This document shows positions 46,694 through 51,545 of a DNA stretch of 51,545 nucleotides, piece by piece (within the stretch, counting starts at the first letter, position 1; each line of letters begins with the position of its first letter). The stretch comes from Macrostomum lignano (Eukaryota). The notes below the pieces were generated by a model that saw nothing but the letters and a program-made list of their open reading frames with translations, was not told where the DNA came from and did no database searches. A program made the position numbers and the translations under genes. Where the stretch lies: the NCBI GenBank assembly GCA_002269645.1, contig NIVC01001869.1, positions 1-51,545 on the forward strand, read 5' to 3'.

Positions 46694-46990
46694 AGTTGAG
46701 GCTACTGATGTTCAAGAAGCGACAGCTCTAGGACCAGATGGACAAGATGTCTATGCCACATTTCCTACTGCGGAAGTGAAAAAGTACGAGGATTTGATCA
46801 AGAAGTTTGATGTCTACTGCCAGCCTCTCTCCAACGAGACATTTGAAAGCTATCAGCTGCGCACCAGAATGCAAGGAGAAGCAGAGGACTTCGACCAGTT
46901 CATGGGTTCTCTATGCCAGCTCGTGAAGCACTGCAACTACAGCAAACCTGACAATGACGAGATCAAGAACAGCATCTTCGATATCTTTGA
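46694..46990 (+). pseudogene. Ty3/Gypsy-type gag fragment inside the foldback element
   Basis: GPDGQDVYATF...KYEDLIKKFDVYCQPLSNETFESYQLRTRMQGEAEDFDQFMGSLCQLVKHCNY resembles the Gypsy capsid pattern F..YC.P..N...E.Y.F..R.Q...E..D.F...L..L...C. Truncated at both ends. Confidence 0.75.
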
Positions 46991-46994
46991 TAGC

Positions 46995-48115
46995 TTACAG
47001 CCTGGCCTTCTGGCTGTTGGGGTGAAGCGCGAGAAGCGTGGGCCCGCTCACAATACGCCCGAAGGTTCTTGGCCTGGTCTAGCGCGCGCTGGATCAGGCC
47101 GGACCTCCGGGTGCTCCTGGCGGGTCTGCGATTGCGATTTCCGGTTTCAGCAGCGCGAACTGCCCTACCAGGCATAGGATCGGCCGTTTGCCTCGGCTTC
47201 TTTGCTGGAGGAGCCTGGGCCCCAGTTCCGGTTTCGGAAGCCTTGGCATTCTTGGCTTCATCAGCTTTCCACTCCTCGCAACGGAGGATGGTCAGCTGAG
47301 TCAAACCAATATGGATTGTGGACTTAGGCGGCAAGTGCTCAGCCCAGTCATTAGAGAGCCCTAGGATCACTGTAGCCCCCTTCTCCTTGCGGGAAGTGGC
47401 GTGGTGTAGGAGCCCGTTGACCTCAAGGTCAGGGTGCAGCTTTAGCAATATTTGCCTAAGCTGATCTCCGGACTTAATGGCACTGCCGGCCGGGATCCAG
47501 ACACGAAAGGGCTGGCGAAGACATGCTTGCCAAGCTTCTTGGGCCAGTTCAGCTTTGGCAGAAGCTCGCGTATACTGCGGCTGCTCTCCTCCGAGCTGCA
47601 CCAGATGAAGATGCAGCCGTCGGTCTTGGCGGACTTGACCACGCTCACAGGGCGGCCCGCCAGGAGCTGGTCAATGAGCGCAGCATCGATGGTGCGCCAG
47701 GCACTGTCGAGCTCGTCGTCCGTGAGGTCTTGCTCTTCCCCGAAGATGATGACTGCCGGTTGGAGCTTGACCTTTGAGGTGTAATTAGTGTGGCGGTTCC
47801 CCAGCTCACCAGCGGGGGTTGTATCCTTGGGGGCAGGGGTTGCTGTGGCTCCTTTCGGGCCAACAGCAGCCTCGTCCTCTCTAGGTTCCCCCTCTGCCGG
47901 TAGTCAGCCCGCAGTCGCCATTTCCGCTCATTGCGGCATTGGTTGCGGGCGCTTCGGGCTTCAGCGGAGGGCCCGGTTGCGCGTGCGGGCATGTCACCGG
48001 CCGAGCCGGCGGCAAGCCCATCTGCCCCAAGTGGGGCGGCACTCGTGCCAGAGTCACCGGCCGGAGTTGCCGGGGCCCCGGCTTCAGCGGGGGTTAAAGA
48101 GCCGAATGACGCCAT
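46995..48115 (-). pseudogene. Frameshifted gag-like ORF1 of a non-LTR retrotransposon (DUF4780-like, R1/Loa type)
   Basis: ATG at 48115 and an Ala/Pro/Gly-rich N-terminus. Across frameshifts it then reads YTSKVKLQPAVIIF...IDAALIDQLL...DGCIFIWCSSEESSRSIRELL...FRVWIPAGSAIKSGDQLRQILLKLHPDL...GATVILGLSNDW...IHIGLTQLTI. The DUF4780 resemblance is recalled, not searched. Confidence 0.5.
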
Positions 48116-48154
48116 AGCTGAAAGCTATGAGATGAGGATGAGATGAGGCACAGT

Positions 48155-48751
48155 GCTGATGAGATGAGACACTTCGCTTCGCTGAAGGCCATCTTGCATT
48201 TTGCATCCCAGTTCCATGGCGTGTCCTTGCGCAGGAGCGCTGTTAGTGGCTCGGCAATGTGAGACAGGTTCTTGATGTAGAACTGGAAGAACTTTGCAAA
48301 GCCAAGGAATGAGGCTAACTTTGCCGTATTGGTGGGTGCCTTGAGTCCCGATACGGACTCGGTGTGCGACTGGATAGGTTGAATTCCCGCTGCGCTGACG
48401 CGGTGTCCAACGAACTCGATCTCCGACGCCTTGAAGGTTGCACTTCTTGAGGTTGACAGTTACTCGATGCTGCAGCAGCTTGTCCAGTACCTGAAGTACG
48501 CGACTTTCGTGCTCAGCTTCAGTACCGGCATGAATGGCAATGTTGTCTTGATAGTGAACGACGCCTCTGATGCCTTGGAGGATCTTGCCGACGACCTTCT
48601 GGAAGGCCGCCGGATCCGAGCTGATGCCGAATGGCATGCATCTGAAATGGTAGAGGCCGAATTCGGTGTGGAAGCAGGTCAGATTCTTGGCGTCATCGTG
48701 CAGAGGCAGCTGTAGATACGACTGGTTGAGGTTGATTTGTGAGAAAAACTT
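48155..48751 (-). pseudogene. Ty3/Gypsy reverse transcriptase fragment, inactivated
   Basis: FFSQINLNQSYLQLPL...FHTEFGLYHF / MPFGISSDPAAFQ...YQDN...NLKKC / IEFVGHRVSAAGI...SFLG...LSHIAEPLTALLRKDTPWNW. Two frameshifts, and the catalytic YxDD is changed to YQDN. Confidence 0.9.
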
Positions 48752-51545
48752 CGAATTGTAAACCTCAAATATATTACTAATTTAAAATTTTAAAACACGT
48801 TTCCATTCTTTTGAATTAGAATAGCAGGTATGTTCAGAGCTAAAGTAATTCTGGTTTAACAATTTTATGCCTTACTTTATTTCATTCACAACTCTCGCTG
48901 CACTACTCATAGTAAAGTAGTAAAGATGTATCAATGTTGTTGCAACAACATTGCCAATTTTGACAATGGCACGACAAAAAATCGCTTGTGACAACATTGA
49001 TGTCAACAATTCAGCAACACGAGGAATATCCATAAAAGGAATACATTCTGTCAGTCTGCAGTTTCTAGAAAGCCCAATAACAGGCTAAACTAATGGAAAC
49101 ACAAAAACACAATTTATTGTGCGTACTATGCTTCTGGGCATAAAGCTACTCCTAATGAGCATATTGGTCTCTTTAACTTAGAAAGAAGCAATATCCCGGA
49201 GAAAGAAATGCATTCTGTCAGTCTTCAGTTTCTAGATAGCCCAATAACAGGCTAAACTGATGGAAATACAAAAAACACAATTTATTGTGCGTACTGTGCT
49301 TCTGGTCATAAAGCTACTCCTAATGAGCATATTGGTCTCTTTAACTTAGAAAGAAGCAATATCCCGGAGAAAGAAATGCATTCTGTCAGTCTGCAGTTTC
49401 TAGTTAGCCCAAGCTAAACTGATGAAAACACAAAAAACACATGAAATTGCGCATTTTACATAAAATACATGAAAAATATTGGAAATTGCAGAGTAATATT
49501 TTTATTTACAAATCAAGAAAAATCAATAATTCTTGATGTATATAGTCAATATTTTTACTGCATGTTATAGTTATTATTTTATAAAAGTATACTAAGTGCC
49601 TGCCTGATATAATTGAATTTATACTTAATAGAAAAGCACTATGGAATCTTAAATAGATATTATGTTTATAATTTGACTTATTAGAAGAGAAGAAATATTA
49701 AAATAGAGGTTTTAACAAGTTGTAAAAAGCATCAAGCCAAGAAATGCCAATTTTATTTTATTGCCTATACTGATATTAACACTTTGACTGCATGTTTCAA
49801 GACATAATTGAAAAATAAATCTAAAAATATAGGAAGTAAAACAGCATAAAAGGCTTCATTATTAAGTATGGCCACAAAAATACCACATGGCATATAAATA
49901 TAATGTATTTTTTATGCGCAAGTGCGCTGTAACTGCCTGCTGCCACGTTGCGCAATAAAGACTCGCAGTTCGAAATATTTTTTAATGTTTTCGCTTTGCA
50001 TTAAAATAAATAGCTTAACAGTCAACACAAAAGTGAGAGCAAAAATGCTGATGAAAGTGATAAAACTTTACTTTGATAACTTTTTTAATAGGAAAATTTA
50101 CTATTTTTCGCACTTAATTTCGTTCACCGCGGAGTTCAGCGGCAGTCATTCAACACCGGAATTTAACAAGAAACGTTCTCCTGCAGTTCAGGAGCAACAC
50201 TGAAATTTTATGCGCACGTCAAAATCTGCCTATATTTTGCTTTGAAATATTGCATGACAGGTTTTCAGCTCTCTGGAAGGATTTATTGGGTTCACCGCCA
50301 GTTTCACCCCCCAAAAAATAACAAAAATCGCCCTCCTGATGTCCAGGGGCAACGCGCAGAGCCAAAAATCTAGGCGCATCTCTAGTTTTACTTGCGCTAT
50401 CAATTATATATATTTTTAAGCCTTAAAAATAAAGTTAAAATCCGGTGAACCAAGTGCCAGTGAATTCAGTAGTTAGTTTGTTGAATAAATAAGAAAAAAC
50501 CACAAAAAAGCATTTTGAAAGTCCAAGTTGACCGATTTGCAATTTTTTGTTTCACTTTTTTCATTATTAAACAATTAATTTTAAGACTTGTAGGCCTTTG
50601 AGAAGGCTAATTTTTTCACTACTTACAAAACAGAAAGTAATCTGTGTTTTACTTTTTATTCAATTCAAAAAGATGAAGTATTTCTAAGGATTTCAAAGTT
50701 TTTCTAAAACCATATAAACTTGCAAAAATTCATACTAATATAAAGTGCAAAGTTTGCCAGCAAACATCTTTCTCTAAAAGTAAATATATCGCTAATTCCT
50801 TGTTGCAAAATAATCTTTAAGTTGTTTTCTTTCATTTAAATATCAACTTGCATAGTATCAGTATTTGTAAAATGCCTATATTTAGACTTAAAAATTTTGG
50901 ATACAAATTGGTACCACAAAATGTGAACCCGGCATCCAAATCAGATGCTTTTTGTATGCTCATTAAGCGACAAAGAACAATGAAATTACACTAAAACATG
51001 TATCATCGCAGCGTGTATGCAGGAAAAAAAAGAATTTTCGAAATCACTTTAGTAAAAGCTGAGTAAAATGCAATTTTCCGATCCTTACAGGAATTTGTAT
51101 GTTTAAATAATAAACTTACGTTGAATACAATTTATTGCAAATGAACTCTACAAAATACACGTCAAGAGTAACGAAAGTGATAAACAAATAAACCCTTGAA
51201 AATAATGTTAAATATGTTGTAGAATTATAGAGTGTAACATTATAAGATAGTTAATAAAATACATTATTATAGCTTTTCTATCATTTTCATTAGACTATTT
51301 TAGGTCATAATTAAACTTACCATTTTAACAAATCATTTATTAAAAATAAAGCTATACAAAAATAATTTGTGCTTTATCAGACTTTTTTACCTTTAAAAAC
51401 TTGAATAAATTTATTTTATAGCTTTATTGCTTTCAAATTGCCAAAAAACGAATTTTCATACAACTTGCCCCGATTTTTGGATTTTACCATATCTTTCTAT
51501 TAGACTATAAAATCTAAACACTGTTTTAGGGCCTATAGGGTTATC

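Larger units (their letters stand above)
44955..50477. mobile_element. Non-autonomous foldback / MULE-like DNA element with long inverted arms (44955-46394 and 48872-50477) and a 9-bp TSD TTGTTGAAT (44946-44954 and 50478-50486)
   Basis: The arms are reverse complements with scattered differences. Termini are ACTAACTACTGAATTCAC... and ...GTGAATTCAGTAGTTAGT. The flanking 9-mer is an exact direct repeat. The arms contain ~167-bp subrepeats. No transposase was seen. The MULE assignment is inferred from the 9-bp TSD plus long TIRs. Confidence 0.88.

Noticed and set aside
48108-48645. Acceptor-like TTTCAG just before the ATGs at 48637 and 48115, suggesting a spliced, domesticated cargo gene
   Set aside because: The downstream frames are broken by frameshifts and a dead catalytic motif. 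The motifs are plausibly chance products of deletion and filler.

Overview
Eukaryotic (animal) genomic DNA. Short GC-rich exons sit among dense micro- and minisatellites; this style resembles the flatworm Macrostomum lignano, but that is an inference from style only. Two convergent protein-coding genes can be reconstructed by hand. (1) On the + strand, an L1CAM/neuroglian-family adhesion molecule (signal peptide, 6 Ig, 5 FN3, TM, ~165-aa tail; 5 coding exons, 22687-31100; ~1403 aa once a single missing G at 25369-25371 is restored). It possibly has a non-coding first exon ending at 7977. (2) On the - strand, PAN3, the pseudokinase subunit of the PAN2-PAN3 deadenylase (34748 to at least 38940, probably 41160). 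About 28 distinct tandem arrays cover roughly 16 kb of the first 41 kb (hand estimate), and many are built on a perfect transcription-factor motif or a splice-acceptor-like motif. The standout structure is a 5.5-kb foldback element (44955-50477) with ~1.4-1.6-kb inverted arms and a perfect 9-bp target-site duplication (TTGTTGAAT). It has no visible transposase. Instead it carries three decayed retroelement coding fragments (Gypsy gag, a non-LTR-type ORF1, Gypsy RT), and one junction has templated filler DNA. No rRNA, tRNA or CRISPR array was seen. No searches were run; protein calls are from recalled family motifs.
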